A stretch of 62,065 nt of DNA, filler included, from a bacterium (GCA_043817485.1; 3 parts of 3 records of this genome joined end to end with filler, not necessarily neighbours in it); one strand, 5' to 3'. Counted from the whole stretch's first letter, positions 39,862-52,399 are shown. Notes: generated from the letters alone by a model not told the origin. Made by a program: numbers and translations.

Positions 39862-41235
39862 TTGTTTCCTTTAACTGTAAAAGAAATATTATTAGCAACA
39901 AATGGTATTTTAATTCAAGGTGATAAAAAAACTGTTGTTTCTCATATTTCTATTGATTCTCGAAATATTCCTAACAATGCTTTTTTTATTGCAATTAAAG
40001 GAAATTTTTTTGATGGACATGATTTTATTTTAGATGTTATAAAAAAAGGTGTTTTAGGAATTATTGTTTCTAATATAAATAAAGAAAATATACAAGCAGA
40101 AATTATTATTATTAAAGTAAAAAATACGCTTAAAGCTTTACAAGATATTGCTCATCATATTAGAAAAAAAATTAAGTGTCCAATAATTGCTATCACTGGT
40201 AGTAATGGAAAAACAACCACTAAAGAAATGACAGCATCAATATTAGAAAGCAAATACAAAACATTTAAAAATAAAGGTAATTTTAATAATCATATTGGAG
40301 TACCTCTTTCTATTTTAGAAATGAACCCCTTTCATGAAATAGGTGTTTTTGAATTAGGAATGAGTGGAATAGGTGAAATTAAACTTCTTTGTAAAATTTT
40401 AAAACCAACAATAGGAGTTGTGACTAATGTTGGATTAGCACATCTTGAATTTTTAAAAACTATAAAAAATATTGCTAAAGCCAAATCTGAATTACCTGAA
40501 TCATTAAAAGAAAAAAATATAATAATTCTTAATAATGATGATAAATATGTTGAAGCAATGAAAAATAAAACAAAAGCATTTGTAATGAATTTTGGATTAA
40601 ATAATAAAGCAATGGTAAAAGCAGAAAAAATAATTAATAAAAAAGAAAATGGTTATGAATTTGTTTTAAAATACAAAAGTAAAAAAATTGAAATTGCTTT
40701 ACCTATATTAGGAAAGCATAATATTTTAAATGCTTTAGCTAGTGCATCAGTAGGAATTGCTTTAAAAGTAAGTTTAGAAAATATAAAAAATAAATTAAGT
40801 CAATTTCAAGCCCCTTGTTATAGAATGGAAGTAATTAAATTTAAAAAAATAACTTTTTTGAATGATTGTTATAATGCTAATCCAAGTTCTATGAAAGAAG
40901 CTTTATTAACTTTAGATAATTTTGATTCTAAAAAAAGAAAAATTGCTATATTGGGAGATATGTTAGAATTAGGTAAAAAATCTAAAAAATTTCATGAAGA
41001 AATAGGAAATTTGGTTGCTTCTTTAAATATTGATATAATTCTTACTAAAGGTAAAGAATTTTATGCTATTACTGAAAAATGCTTTAAAAAAAGTAAAAAA
41101 CAATTTTTTTCTTTTTTAGAAAATAAACAAATTGTAAAAAAATTAAAAACAATTCTAAAATCTAATGATGTAGTTTTAATCAAAGGATCTCGAGGAATGG
41201 AAATGGAAGAAATTTTAGAAATTTATAAAAAATAA
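39862..41235 (+). CDS. murF: UDP-MurNAc-tripeptide--D-Ala-D-Ala ligase
   Basis: ITGSNGKTTTKE, NFNNHIGVP, NDCYNANP, LGDMLELG, KGSRGM. Confidence 0.96.
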   Translation: MFPLTVKEILLATNGILIQGDKKTVVSHISIDSRNIPNNAFFIAIKGNFFDGHDFILDVIKKGVLGIIVSNINKENIQAEIIIIKVKNTLKALQDIAHHIRKKIKCPIIAITGSNGKTTTKEMTASILESKYKTFKNKGNFNNHIGVPLSILEMNPFHEIGVFELGMSGIGEIKLLCKILKPTIGVVTNVGLAHLEFLKTIKNIAKAKSELPESLKEKNIIILNNDDKYVEAMKNKTKAFVMNFGLNNKAMVKAEKIINKKENGYEFVLKYKSKKIEIALPILGKHNILNALASASVGIALKVSLENIKNKLSQFQAPCYRMEVIKFKKITFLNDCYNANPSSMKEALLTLDNFDSKKRKIAILGDMLELGKKSKKFHEEIGNLVASLNIDIILTKGKEFYAITEKCFKKSKKQFFSFLENKQIVKKLKTILKSNDVVLIKGSRGMEMEEILEIYKK

Positions 41236-41249
41236 ATAGGAAAAACAAA

Positions 41250-41872
41250 ATGCTTTATTCTATCTTATATTCGCTTCATAATTATATCTCTTGTTTTAAT
41301 ATTTTTCGTTACATTACTTTTAGAGCGATGTTAGTAGCTTTAACAAGTTTATTGATTACTCTTTTTATTGGAAAACCATTAATTAAATGGTTAAAACAAT
41401 TTCAAATCAAACAAGTAATTAATGAAAATGCACCTAGTTCTCATAAAACTAAATGTGACACACCTACTATGGGTGGTCTACTTATTATTTTTGGAGTATT
41501 TTTTTCTACTCTTTGTTGGGCTAATTTATCTAATAGATATATTTGGGTTTGTCTTTTTTCTCTTTTATGGTTAGGTGGATTAGGATTTATTGATGATTAT
41601 CTTAAATTAAAAAATAAAAATTCTAAAGGATTAATTGTTAGATATAAATTAATAGGTCAATGTATTTTAGGAATTATAATAGCTTTATATTTTTTTTATT
41701 ATCCACCTAATATAGCATTTCTTAGTGGACAAACAGTTTTAGATTCAAATTATCATTCTTTTTTAACTCATAATTATACTACAAAAATAGTAATTCCTTT
41801 TATGAAAAATATGTTTATTGATTTAGGAATTTTTTATTTTTTATTTATAATATTAGTTGTAATTGCATCTTC
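41250..41872 (+). CDS. mraY: Phospho-N-acetylmuramoyl-pentapeptide transferase, partial (contig end)
   Basis: FRYITFRA, TPTMGG, GFIDDYLK; truncated by the gap. Confidence 0.95.
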
Positions 41873-41972
41873 NNNNNNNNNNNNNNNNNNNNNNNNNNNN
41901 NNNNNNNNNNNNNNNNTTAATTAATTAANNNNNNNNNNNNNNNNNNNNNNNNNNNNNNNNNNNNNNNNNNNN
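41873..41972. other. Artificial contig-joining linker
   Basis: 44 N + TTAATTAATTAA + 44 N. Confidence 0.97.
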
Positions 41973-42219
41973 ATTTCTATTTTAAAATTGTTAATTTTAC
42001 TAAATATGAAAATATTAAATTTTGTTTATTTTTTAAAAAAATCTCCTGAAAAATTAAATAAATTTCCTGTTTTTTTTATCATATTCTTTCATATTATTTT
42101 TGACAATACCAAAGCAAAATTTTTAAAATTAAAAATTTTTTAAATAAGTTGACAATTCTAAAAATTTAATAAAATAATTAAAAACATTTAATTATAAATT
42201 AATATTTAATGGAGAAAAT

Positions 42220-45200
42220 ATGCCTAAAAGAACAGATATTAAAAAAATTTTAATTATTGGATCTGGGCCTATTGTCATTGGACAAGCTTGTGAATTTGAT
42301 TATTCTGGAACTCAATCTTGTAAAGTTTTAAAAGAAGATGGATATGAAATTATTTTAATTAATTCAAATCCAGCTACTATTATGACTGATCCTCAAATAG
42401 CAGATAAAACTTATATAGAACCAATAAATATACAAACTATAGAAAAAATTATTGCAAAAGAAAGACCAGATGCAATTTTACCTACTCTTGGAGGACAAAC
42501 AGGTTTAAATATAGCAGTAGAATTAGCTAAAGCTGGAATTTTAGATAAATATGGTGTAGAAATGATAGGTGCTAATTTAACAATTATTGAAAAAGCTGAA
42601 AATAGAAATTTATTTAAACAAGCAATGCAAAATATCAATTTAGATTTACCACAAAGTGATTGTGCTCATAATTTAGATGAAGCTATTGAAATAGCCATTA
42701 AAATAGGCTTTCCAGTAATTATAAGACCTGCATTTACATTAGGAGGATCAGGTAGTAGTATTGCTTATAATTTGGATGAATTTAAAGCATTAGCTAATTT
42801 TGGATTATCTCAAAGTCCTATTTCTGAAATATTAATAGAAGAATCGGTAATTGGTTGGAAAGAATATGAATTAGAAGTAATGAGAGATAAAAATGATAAT
42901 GTAGTAATTGTTTGTTCTATTGAAAACTTTGATGCTATGGGTATTCATACTGGTGATAGTATTACAGTGGCTCCATCTCAAACTCTTACTGATAAAGAAT
43001 ATCAAAATATGAGAAATGCATCAATTGCTATTATGAAAGAAATTGGAGTAAGCACTGGTGGCTCTAATATTCAATTTGCTATAAATCCAATAAATGGTCG
43101 AATGGTTGTAATAGAAATGAATCCAAGAGTATCTCGTAGTTCTGCTTTAGCTTCAAAAGCAACTGGTTTTCCTATTGCTAAAATTGCTGCAAAATTAGCT
43201 GTAGGATATACACTTGAAGAAATTCCTAATGATATTACAAAAAAAACTCCATCTTGTTTTGAACCAAGTATAGATTATGTAGTAGTTAAAATTCCTCGTT
43301 GGACATTTGAAAAATTTCCAGATGCTGAACCAACTCTTACTACACAAATGAAATCTGTTGGAGAAGTAATGGCAATAGGACGGACATTTAAAGAAGCCTT
43401 ACAAAAAGGTATTAGATCTTTAGAACAAGGACAATCTGGATTAGAAATAAACGAAAAAAATGAAATAGATAAAAATTTAATTATTGAAAAATTAAAAATA
43501 CCAAATCCCGATAGAATTTTTTATATTAAATATGCTTTCGAAAATAATTTTTCTCTTGAAAAAATTGCAGATTTAACAAAAATAGATAAATGGTTTCTTT
43601 TTAACATTCAAGAAATTGTTAATTTTGAAAATGAAATAAAAAAAATTAATTTTTGTAATTCTGAAAATGAAATAAAATCTATTTTAGAAAAAGCAAAAAA
43701 AATGGGTTTTTCTGATTGTCAAATAGCAAATTTTTTAAATAAAACAGAAATAGAAATTAGAAATTTAAGAAAAAAATTAAATATCCTACCTACTTTTAAA
43801 TTAGTTGATACTTGTGCTGCAGAATTTCCAGCATATACTCCTTATTATTATTCTACTTATGAACAAGAAGATGAAGTTCAAGTTTCTAATAAGAAAAAAA
43901 TAGTAATTTTAGGAGCAGGTCCTAATAGAATTGGACAAGGAATTGAATTTGATTATTGTTGTGTTCATGCAGCATTTGCTTTAAAAGAAATTGGTTATGA
44001 AACAATTATGATAAACAGTAATCCAGAAACTGTAAGTACAGATTATGATACTTCAGATAAATTATATTTTGAACCAATTGCTTTAGAAAATATTTTGGAT
44101 ATTGTTGAAAAAGAAAATCCAGATGGTGTTATTGTTCAATTTGGAGGACAAACTCCTTTAAAATTATCTTTAGCACTAAAAAAAAATGGAGTTAAAATCA
44201 TAGGAACCACTCCAGAAAATATTGATATTGCTGAAGATAGAAAAAAATTTAATGAAATTATTCATAAACTTAATTTGAAACAACCTGAAAGTGGAACTGC
44301 TTTTTCTTATGAAGAAGCAATCAATGTAGTGAAAAATTTAAAATATCCAATTTTGGTAAGACCTTCTTATGTTTTAGGTGGTAGAGCAATGGAAATAGTT
44401 TATGATGACAAAAATTTATTTAATTACATTCATTTTGCTGTAAAAGCTTCTTCTGAACATCCAATTTTAATAGATCGTTTTTTAGAAGATGCTATAGAAC
44501 TTGATGTTGATGCAATATCAGATGGAGAAGAAGTAGTTATTGCTGGAATTATGGAACATATAGAAGAAGCTGGTATTCATTCTGGAGATAGTGCTTGTAT
44601 TTTACCTCCTTTTTCTATTAAAAAAGAAATTATTGAAGAAATAAAACAAAATACTGTTAAATTAACTTTGGCTTTAAATATAATTGGATTAATTAATATT
44701 CAATATGCAATTAAAGATAATATTGTTTATGTATTAGAAGTAAATCCACGAGCATCAAGAACTATTCCTTTTGTTTCTAAAGCTACAAATATTCAATGGG
44801 CAAAAATAGCAACTTGGTTAATGGTAGGAAAAAAAATAAAAGATTTGGGAATTAAAGAAGTAATTCCTTCATATTATTCTACCAAAGAAGTTGTAATGCC
44901 ATTTATTAAATTTTCTAATGTTGATATTATATTAGGACCTGAAATGCGTTCTACTGGCGAAGTTATGGGAATTGATAAAAATGTTAATAAATCTTTTGCT
45001 AAAGCATTATTAGCTGCTGGTTCTAAATTACCTCTTAAAGGAAATGTATTTATTTCTGTAGCAGATAAAGATAAATCAAAAGTAATAAATATAGCAAAAG
45101 AATTAAAAAATCTAAATTATAATTTATTTTCCACTGAAGGAACAGCCAATTTTTTAAAACAACATAATATTTTAGTTAAAACTATTGCAAAAATTCAAGA

Positions 45201-45435
45201 AGGACATCCTAATGTTATTGATTATATGAAAAATAATCAAATAGATTTTGTAATTAATACACCAATAGGAAAAGGTCCTAAAACTGATGAATTTAAAATA
45301 AGAAGACAAACTATTTTAAATAATCTTACTTATGTCACTACTATTACTGGAGCAAAAGCATTAGTAGATGCTTTAAAAATATTACAAAAAGAAGATTTGG
45401 AAGTAATGGCTTTACAAGAATATTATTGTTTATAA
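42220..45435 (+). CDS. carB: Carbamoyl-phosphate synthase large subunit
   Basis: [30 protein letters not shown]; duplicated ATP-grasp domains; C-terminal MGS domain. Confidence 0.98.
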   Translation: MPKRTDIKKILIIGSGPIVIGQACEFDYSGTQSCKVLKEDGYEIILINSNPATIMTDPQIADKTYIEPINIQTIEKIIAKERPDAILPTLGGQTGLNIAVELAKAGILDKYGVEMIGANLTIIEKAENRNLFKQAMQNINLDLPQSDCAHNLDEAIEIAIKIGFPVIIRPAFTLGGSGSSIAYNLDEFKALANFGLSQSPISEILIEESVIGWKEYELEVMRDKNDNVVIVCSIENFDAMGIHTGDSITVAPSQTLTDKEYQNMRNASIAIMKEIGVSTGGSNIQFAINPINGRMVVIEMNPRVSRSSALASKATGFPIAKIAAKLAVGYTLEEIPNDITKKTPSCFEPSIDYVVVKIPRWTFEKFPDAEPTLTTQMKSVGEVMAIGRTFKEALQKGIRSLEQGQSGLEINEKNEIDKNLIIEKLKIPNPDRIFYIKYAFENNFSLEKIADLTKIDKWFLFNIQEIVNFENEIKKINFCNSENEIKSILEKAKKMGFSDCQIANFLNKTEIEIRNLRKKLNILPTFKLVDTCAAEFPAYTPYYYSTYEQEDEVQVSNKKKIVILGAGPNRIGQGIEFDYCCVHAAFALKEIGYETIMINSNPETVSTDYDTSDKLYFEPIALENILDIVEKENPDGVIVQFGGQTPLKLSLALKKNGVKIIGTTPENIDIAEDRKKFNEIIHKLNLKQPESGTAFSYEEAINVVKNLKYPILVRPSYVLGGRAMEIVYDDKNLFNYIHFAVKASSEHPILIDRFLEDAIELDVDAISDGEEVVIAGIMEHIEEAGIHSGDSACILPPFSIKKEIIEEIKQNTVKLTLALNIIGLINIQYAIKDNIVYVLEVNPRASRTIPFVSKATNIQWAKIATWLMVGKKIKDLGIKEVIPSYYSTKEVVMPFIKFSNVDIILGPEMRSTGEVMGIDKNVNKSFAKALLAAGSKLPLKGNVFISVADKDKSKVINIAKELKNLNYNLFSTEGTANFLKQHNILVKTIAKIQEGHPNVIDYMKNNQIDFVINTPIGKGPKTDEFKIRRQTILNNLTYVTTITGAKALVDALKILQKEDLEVMALQEYYCL

Positions 45436-45484
45436 TATCAGGAAATGATGTGGTTTATGTGATAAATTGTTTTATGGAAAAAAA

Positions 45485-47617
45485 ATGAAAAAAATATTCA
45501 TTATCTTGGGGATAGTGTTGTTAGTCTTGACAGCTTATTCTGAAGAAATTATAGTTTCAAACCGTTATATTGAATTTATCACTCTCTATGAGTTTCATAC
45601 AGATTATATTAAGATTATATCATTAGGTAAAGTAGTTTTTTGTGAGAACTCTGATAAAATTTTTTTTTGCACGCCAAGTCTTTACTCAGAGAAAGATATT
45701 TACGATATTGAGGTTAGTGAAAATATAAAAGTTTATGATTTTGCAACAAGAAAAGACGAATGGCGGGGTGCAACCTATGAAAATGTCTACTTTACTTTGA
45801 AGACTGATGGTATTTCAGGAGAACCTTTCTCCTACTGGATAAGCTTTAAGACAAAGAGGTTGCCACTTTTACATACGCTCTCTCAAATTAAAAAGGATGT
45901 AGAACAGCAACTGGGAATTAATGTTACTCCTTCAGAGATTACGGATAAAAATATACGCATTATAGCTATACCAAAAAACTCTATAGTTAAAAAGATCTCA
46001 GGTTTTTTTCCATCTAAGAAGATTGTCTGGAATGGATGGGAATTATTTATTTATGACTGCACAAAGATAAAGGAAAGCCTATCTTTTCGTCTCAGATTTG
46101 TTGTCAAGGAGGAAATTTCTGAGATTAGCCCTCAAGATCTTTTAGACTTTATTGGAGATGGCGTTGAAGAAGATAATGCTAACTTTATTGTTCAGGCAGA
46201 AGAAAAAGAAAAATCTATTGTTTTTGACTGGAAACAGTTTTTAAAGAATTCTTGCCATAGTGGAGCTACTTCAGAAACTATTCATCTCCCTTTGGGTTTG
46301 AAATGGAGGCATAATATAGAAGCTGCATCCTTCTCTCAGGTCATAGCAAATGGAATACTCTATGTAGGTGCAGCTGAAAGGGTCTATTCCTTAGACTGTA
46401 ATACTGGTCAGACTATATGGGAAGTAAGTCTTGATGATTATATCTCCTCTTCTCCTGCCATAGATAAAGATATGTTCTATGTTGGAGCAAGTAATTACTC
46501 TATCTATGCTTTAGACCTTAAAAATGGTAAAGTGAGATGGAGATATAAGACAGAAGGGGTTATAAATTCTTCTCCCTGCGTTACCGATAAAATGGTCTAT
46601 TTTGCCTCGTTTGATGGCTATCTCTATGCCTTAGATAAGAATGGAAGGTTGATCTGGAGATATAAAACGAGTGGATGGCGAAATGACTCTAAAATTACAT
46701 CTTCTCCTGCCTTTTATAACAATACAATCTATTCTGCTTCGATTGATGGCTGTGTCTACGCAATCAAAGCAGATGGTACTTCTATAAAATGGATAACAAG
46801 GGTTGGAGAAGGAATAGAGTCTTCTCCAACTGTGAGTTCAGGAGTAGTTTATATTGGCTCTGAAAATGGTAATCTCTATGGATTAGATAGCGAAACAGGA
46901 AAGATTCTTTGGCAGGTAAAAAGTGAAGGTGCAATTAAGTCATCACCTGTAGTTGCTAATGGCACAGTCTTTATTGCTTCAAGTGATATGAACCTTTATG
47001 CCTTAGATACTAAAACTGGCAAATTATTTTGGAAACACTATATTGGTCGAGACCCTTTATATTCTTCTCCTTGTGTGGCTAATGACCTTATCTTTGTTAC
47101 CACTAATAATGGTGTTGAGGCTTTAGAAACAAAAACAGGAAGGCTGATATGGAGCTATGAGACAGAGAAGGCTCCATCAACCCTCAACTCCCCTTCATTA
47201 TCTGATGGTATGCTCTTTATACAGGCAAATGATAACATTTATGGACTATCTTCCTTCCAAGCAAACACTAAAAAGTGTGTTATGCCTGAAAGGTTTTGTT
47301 ACACTGTATACTTTGATTTAGGTAAAACAAAAGCAAAAAAAGGTTCTATTAAAATATTAAATGAAGCAGTAGAAATTATCAAGAAATACCCAAATGCAAA
47401 AATACAAATTGAGGGACATACAGATAATATGCCGACATCTTTAGAAAACAAAATACTTTCAGAAAAAAGAGCTGGTGATATTACTTTTTGGTTTATCAAA
47501 AAGTACAATATTTCACAAGATAGAATTTCATCAATTGGTTATGGAGAGACAATGCCCGTATCTTCAAATAAACAGAAGAATAGAAGGGTAGAAATTATTA
47601 TTTTACCTGAGGAATAA
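45485..47617 (+). CDS. Secreted PQQ-like beta-propeller repeat protein with C-terminal OmpA-like domain
   Basis: Signal peptide MKKIFIILG; repeated SSP..V..GS.D..LYALD..TG...W; YFD..IQIEGHTDN..LSEKRA..GYGE..NRRVEI. Confidence 0.85.
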   Translation: MKKIFIILGIVLLVLTAYSEEIIVSNRYIEFITLYEFHTDYIKIISLGKVVFCENSDKIFFCTPSLYSEKDIYDIEVSENIKVYDFATRKDEWRGATYENVYFTLKTDGISGEPFSYWISFKTKRLPLLHTLSQIKKDVEQQLGINVTPSEITDKNIRIIAIPKNSIVKKISGFFPSKKIVWNGWELFIYDCTKIKESLSFRLRFVVKEEISEISPQDLLDFIGDGVEEDNANFIVQAEEKEKSIVFDWKQFLKNSCHSGATSETIHLPLGLKWRHNIEAASFSQVIANGILYVGAAERVYSLDCNTGQTIWEVSLDDYISSSPAIDKDMFYVGASNYSIYALDLKNGKVRWRYKTEGVINSSPCVTDKMVYFASFDGYLYALDKNGRLIWRYKTSGWRNDSKITSSPAFYNNTIYSASIDGCVYAIKADGTSIKWITRVGEGIESSPTVSSGVVYIGSENGNLYGLDSETGKILWQVKSEGAIKSSPVVANGTVFIASSDMNLYALDTKTGKLFWKHYIGRDPLYSSPCVANDLIFVTTNNGVEALETKTGRLIWSYETEKAPSTLNSPSLSDGMLFIQANDNIYGLSSFQANTKKCVMPERFCYTVYFDLGKTKAKKGSIKILNEAVEIIKKYPNAKIQIEGHTDNMPTSLENKILSEKRAGDITFWFIKKYNISQDRISSIGYGETMPVSSNKQKNRRVEIIILPEE

Positions 47618-47621
47618 TAAA

Positions 47622-49037
47622 ATGAAAAAAATAATTTGTATTATTTTTCTATTATTTGCAGGAACTCTTTTTGCCGAAACAAGAAGAGGTATTATTAAAA
47701 CATCTAATCCAACAAATAGAAAATTATAATTTTTTTACTATATTCCAAAAATAGCATCATTCAAAAGGATGCCTGTTTTAATAGCTTTTCCAGGACTTAG
47801 TGGAAGTGGAATACAATTTATCAGTCCAAGGTGGGCAAAATTTTCTGAGGAAAATGGGTTTGTTATTATATCTCCAAGCTTTCAATTCAATCGAGAAGAT
47901 TGGGAAAAAAGAAAAAGTTATCAATACCCAAATATTTGGTCAGGAAATGTTTTGCTTAAAATAATTGATGAGGTAGGAAAAAAGGTTAAAATTTCAAAAA
48001 ATGAGCTGTATCTTTTTGGTTTTTCTGCAGGGGCCCAGTTTGCCCATCGTTTTGCTTTATGGAAACCTGAAATGTGTAAAGCTGTTGCTGCCCATGCACT
48101 TGGTGGTGTTACCCTTCCAGAAAAATGGATACCTGTAAAATTTCTTCTTACCATTGGTGGAAAAGATATTATGGATAGAAAAGAGAATGTCAGCCGATTC
48201 ACTGAAGCTTGTAAAAATCTAAACATTTCTGTGGTTTTTAATGAGTATCCAGGAATAGGTCATACACTTATAGAAGATCAGATAGAAATGTCTCTAAAGT
48301 TTTTTACAGAAGGCAGAAAAAGTCAAAAAGCTAAACCAAATGACAAGAGAACAATTGAAATTAATTTCAAAACTTGTTTGAACGGCATGAGTTTAAAAGA
48401 GATTGCAGATTTTAGAATCCAAAAAACAAAGGAATATTCATTTCTTGGGATATTTTCTCCTAAGTACCACCCATTAAAAGTCCCTCACGACAAAATCTAT
48501 AGAGCAATTTCTCCTTGTATTAATTGGCAAGATAGTGCTCAATTCTATATATCCAACCCCTATCTTTTGATCATCTGTAGTTGTGCAAATCATGTAACAC
48601 CACTTATGATTAACTGTCTAAATCCTAAAGTAGAGTATTCCAATAAGGTTATTAAAGAGATATATAAGGGCGAGGATGCAGTTCGTTGGTTTGAGGATTT
48701 ATATTCTTATCCAGACTATCCTGGAATTGTTAGAATATGGATGGTAAATGCTTATGATGCAGGTCTGTTTTATGCAAATGTAGATATATCTCGCTCGTCA
48801 AATATTAGTCCATCCATCATGCCAGAAAATATAATAAACTCTGTCTATAGCAATTCAGGATTTTTTCATAAAGGACGGTATGGAACAAATAACTTGAGCC
48901 CTGCAGATCCAAAAGGTAGAATAAAGTTATTGAAAAAGGATATTTATACCTGCATTTATGTTAAACTTTGGAGAGAAAGACCAAAAAGCAAAAATCAATT
49001 AGAAGACTTTACATATATTGTAGAAGTGATTCCTTAA
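47622..49037 (+). pseudogene. Secreted alpha/beta-hydrolase plus unknown C-terminal domain, with in-frame TAA at codon 36
   Basis: ATG at 47622 gives signal peptide MKKIICIIFLLFAGTLFA, in frame with ORF 47769-49037 (GFSAG nucleophile elbow, GIGH); stop at 47727-47729. Confidence 0.7.
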
Positions 49038-49097
49038 AGATAGTAAAACCAATAGAACGATAAACTATGTGAAAACTCATAATCATCTTTTATTAAC

Positions 49098-49126
49098 TTG
49101 ACAAAGTAGATTATAAGATATATAAA
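49098..49126 (+). promoter_or_regulatory. Putative sigma70 promoter upstream of phoH
   Basis: TTGACA-N17-TATAAA. Confidence 0.45.
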
Positions 49127-49354
49127 TACAAAAAACAGTTAATAGAATAAAAAAAATATCATATACTATTTGGTATAAAAAAAACAAAATTATATATAAC
49201 TCATGTAAATGTCTCTTTAAAAATATACCTATAAATAGAGTTAAGTGTTGATTAACGATATGTTGTGTGATATAAAATAAAACATATGCAAGTTAAATTA
49301 CACAAGAATACAAAAACAAAAAGTAATTAATGTAATATTTGTTGGAGGTATAAT

Positions 49355-50671
49355 ATGAAAACATTTGTTTTGGATACCAATGTTCTGCTTCATGACCCAA
49401 ACTCCATATTTGTCTTTGAAGATAATGAAGTAATAATCCCCTTATGTGTAGTAGAAGAAATAGATAATCAAAAAAAGCGAATTGATGAAATTGGCAAAAA
49501 TTCCAGACATGTTGCCAGAGTTTTAGATGAATTAAGAAAAAAACATTCTTTATTAGATGGAGTAAAATTAAAAAATAATGGATTATTACGAATAGAGATT
49601 CCTCCTTCTATTCTACCCAATGCTTTTCCAACAGGTTTAAATTCGCAAAAAGTAGATAATCAAATATTATCCTTAGCTATTCATTTAAAAAAAATCAAAA
49701 ATAATCCTGTTATCCTTGTAAGTAAAGATATTACCATGAGAATAAAGGCAGATGCCCTTGGTTTATTTTGTCAGGATTATGAAAGAAATAAGGTTGATGT
49801 TGATAAATTTTATACAGGAACAACTATTTTAGAAACAGATTCAACAACTATAAATAAATTTTATACTGATAACCGATTAAAAATAGATACCTCTTTTGAA
49901 GCAAATCAAAATATTACGCTTATTGACAAATCTAATCCATCTAATTTTAAACTTGGTCGTTATAATCTTAAAGAAAAAGCAATTTTTCCTCTTAAATCAG
50001 CTAATAATGTTGATCTATTCGGAATAAAAGCACATAATAAAGAACAGCAGTTTGCTATAGATATGCTTTTAGATAATAAACTTCAACTTGTAACATTGAT
50101 TGGTATTGCTGGAACAGGAAAAACTCTGCTTGCCCTTGCTGCTGGCTTAACAAAGGTAATTAAAAATAAGGAATATCAAAAACTTTTGGTAACGAGACCA
50201 ATTATTCCTGTTGGTAAAGATATTGGTTTTTTACCTGGGGATATAGATGCAAAGCTTATGCCAAGAATGCAACCAATATCTGATAATCTATCGTTTTTAT
50301 TTTCTTTACAGAACAAAAAACAATCTTCAAATTTAAGTTTAGAATCTTTAATTCATAATAAAATAGTTGAATTAGAGGCACTTTCATATATTCGAGGCAG
50401 ATCTATTCCAAATCAATTTATCATTGTTGATGAAGCACAAAATTTAAGTCCACACGAAATAAAAACAATTATTACAAGAGCAGGAATTGGCACCAAAATT
50501 GTTATTACTGGGGATCATTATCAAATTGATAATCCATACCTTGATTCAAGCAGTAATGGCTTAACTTATTTAATTGAAAGATTTAAAGGATCAGAAATAT
50601 TTGGACATATTACGCTTGTTAAAGGAGAAAGATCCCAATTAGCAGAAATTGCTGCAAAATTACTGGATTAA
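49355..50671 (+). CDS. PhoH-family ATPase with N-terminal PIN domain (PhoH2/YlaK-like)
   Basis: VLDTNVLLHDP, VSKD, GIAGTGKT, GFLPG, IRGRS, VDEAQN, TGD. Confidence 0.93.
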   Translation: MKTFVLDTNVLLHDPNSIFVFEDNEVIIPLCVVEEIDNQKKRIDEIGKNSRHVARVLDELRKKHSLLDGVKLKNNGLLRIEIPPSILPNAFPTGLNSQKVDNQILSLAIHLKKIKNNPVILVSKDITMRIKADALGLFCQDYERNKVDVDKFYTGTTILETDSTTINKFYTDNRLKIDTSFEANQNITLIDKSNPSNFKLGRYNLKEKAIFPLKSANNVDLFGIKAHNKEQQFAIDMLLDNKLQLVTLIGIAGTGKTLLALAAGLTKVIKNKEYQKLLVTRPIIPVGKDIGFLPGDIDAKLMPRMQPISDNLSFLFSLQNKKQSSNLSLESLIHNKIVELEALSYIRGRSIPNQFIIVDEAQNLSPHEIKTIITRAGIGTKIVITGDHYQIDNPYLDSSSNGLTYLIERFKGSEIFGHITLVKGERSQLAEIAAKLLD

Positions 50672-50749
50672 AAATACGAAATCCAAAACAAATTTTCATT
50701 TTTCAATTTTTAATTTGAAATAAATGCAAATGGTTTTACTGATAATCCT

Positions 50750-50778
50750 AACCCCGAAGGGGTGGTATTATTGTGTAG
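50750..50778 (+). repeat. REP-like hairpin (ACCCCGAAGGGGT family)
   Basis: Reverse-complement copies at 55984-56010 and 56035-56061. Confidence 0.65.
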
Positions 50779-50866
50779 AAAATTTTCAATTTTCAATTTT
50801 TTCATTGTTTTGAATTTTTCCCCTTTTTTTAAAAAAATTAAGTAATTTTATTATAGGAGTTTATTA

Positions 50867-52399
50867 ATGGAAAAAACATTTTATATTACTACTCCACTTT
50901 ATTATGTTAATGCAAAGCCACACTTAGGACATAGTTATTCTACAGTAATAGCTGATTGTTTGGCTCGTTTTAAAAAATTAAAAGGAGAAAAAGTATTTTT
51001 TTTAACTGGAACTGATGAACATGGAAGTAAAATTGCTAAAGCAGCTTGTGAAAAAAATTTATCTCCACAAGATTTAGCAAATGAAATGGTTGAACAATAT
51101 AAAAAACTTTGGGAAAAATTAAATATTTCTTATGATGATTTTATTCGTACTACTGAAGAACGACATATTAATGTAGTACAAAAAATTTTTGAAATTCTTT
51201 ATAAAAAAGAAGATATTTATAAAGGAGAATATGAAGGTTGGTATTGTCTTCCTTGTGAAACTTTTGTTTCTGATACTTATGCACAAGAAACAAAATGTCC
51301 AGATTGTGGAAGACCTTTACAAAAAATAAAAGAAGAAAGTTATTTTTTCAAAACTTCTAAATATTCCCCAATACTTTTAAAATACATTGAAGAAAATGAA
51401 AATTTTATTCTTCCTGTATCTCGCAAACAAGAAATTATCAATATTTTAAAAAGTGATTTTAAAGATTTAAGCATTAGTAGAACTTCTGTTGAATGGAGTA
51501 TTCCAGTTTCTTTTGATCCCAAACATACTATTTATGTTTGGTTTGATGCTTTAATAAATTATATTTCTGCTATAAATTATTTTTCTGATAAAGAAAAATT
51601 TAATTCTTGTTGGCCTGTAAATCTGCATATTATGGCTAAAGATATTTTGAAATTTCATAGTACTATTTGGCCTTGTCTACTTTTAGCATTAGATTTACCT
51701 TTACCAAAAACAATACTTGCTCATGGTTGGTGGATAATGGATAAAGAAAAAATGTCTAAATCAAAAGGAAATGTAATAGATCCTATTGATTTGATTAATG
51801 AATTTGGTTCAGATGCAATAAGATATTTTCTTTTAAAAGAGATTCCTTTTAGTTCTGATGGATCTTTTACAAGAAAATCTTTAATTAACAGAATTAATAG
51901 TGATTTGGCTAATGATTTGGGAAATTTATTAAATAGAACTTTATCAATGGTTAAAAATTATCTAAAATCTAAAACTCCTAAACAAGGACAAATAGAAATA
52001 ATAGATAATGAAATTATTGATTTAGCAAAAACAATTTGTAATAAAGTATTTGTTTTAATGGAAAAATTTGAAATTCAAGAAGCATTAGTTGCTATTTGGG
52101 ATTTAATAAAAGAAAATAATAAATATATTGAAAAAACTACTCCATGGAAATTAAATAAAGAAGAAAAAAATGAGCGATTAAATCAAGTATTTTATGTTTT
52201 ATTAGAAAATTTACGAATTATTTCTGTTTTAATATATCCTTTTTTACCAGAAACTTCTGATAAAATTAGAATGCAAATAGGAATATTGCCTTTGAATATA
52301 GAAAAAGAAAAATATAACGAACTTACAAAATGGGGACAATTATTAGAAAATCAATCAATTAATGATCCAGTACCACTTTTCCCAAGAATAATAGAGTAA
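50867..52399 (+). CDS. metG: Methionine--tRNA ligase, short form
   Basis: HLGH, CxxC..CxxC zinc knuckle, YVWFDAL, KMSKS; no C-terminal tRNA-binding domain. Confidence 0.97.
   Translation: MEKTFYITTPLYYVNAKPHLGHSYSTVIADCLARFKKLKGEKVFFLTGTDEHGSKIAKAACEKNLSPQDLANEMVEQYKKLWEKLNISYDDFIRTTEERHINVVQKIFEILYKKEDIYKGEYEGWYCLPCETFVSDTYAQETKCPDCGRPLQKIKEESYFFKTSKYSPILLKYIEENENFILPVSRKQEIINILKSDFKDLSISRTSVEWSIPVSFDPKHTIYVWFDALINYISAINYFSDKEKFNSCWPVNLHIMAKDILKFHSTIWPCLLLALDLPLPKTILAHGWWIMDKEKMSKSKGNVIDPIDLINEFGSDAIRYFLLKEIPFSSDGSFTRKSLINRINSDLANDLGNLLNRTLSMVKNYLKSKTPKQGQIEIIDNEIIDLAKTICNKVFVLMEKFEIQEALVAIWDLIKENNKYIEKTTPWKLNKEEKNERLNQVFYVLLENLRIISVLIYPFLPETSDKIRMQIGILPLNIEKEKYNELTKWGQLLENQSINDPVPLFPRIIE

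Noticed and set aside
41873-41924. ORF-track extension of mraY to 41924
   Set aside because: Runs through Ns and stops in the linker; the gene is simply truncated at the contig end
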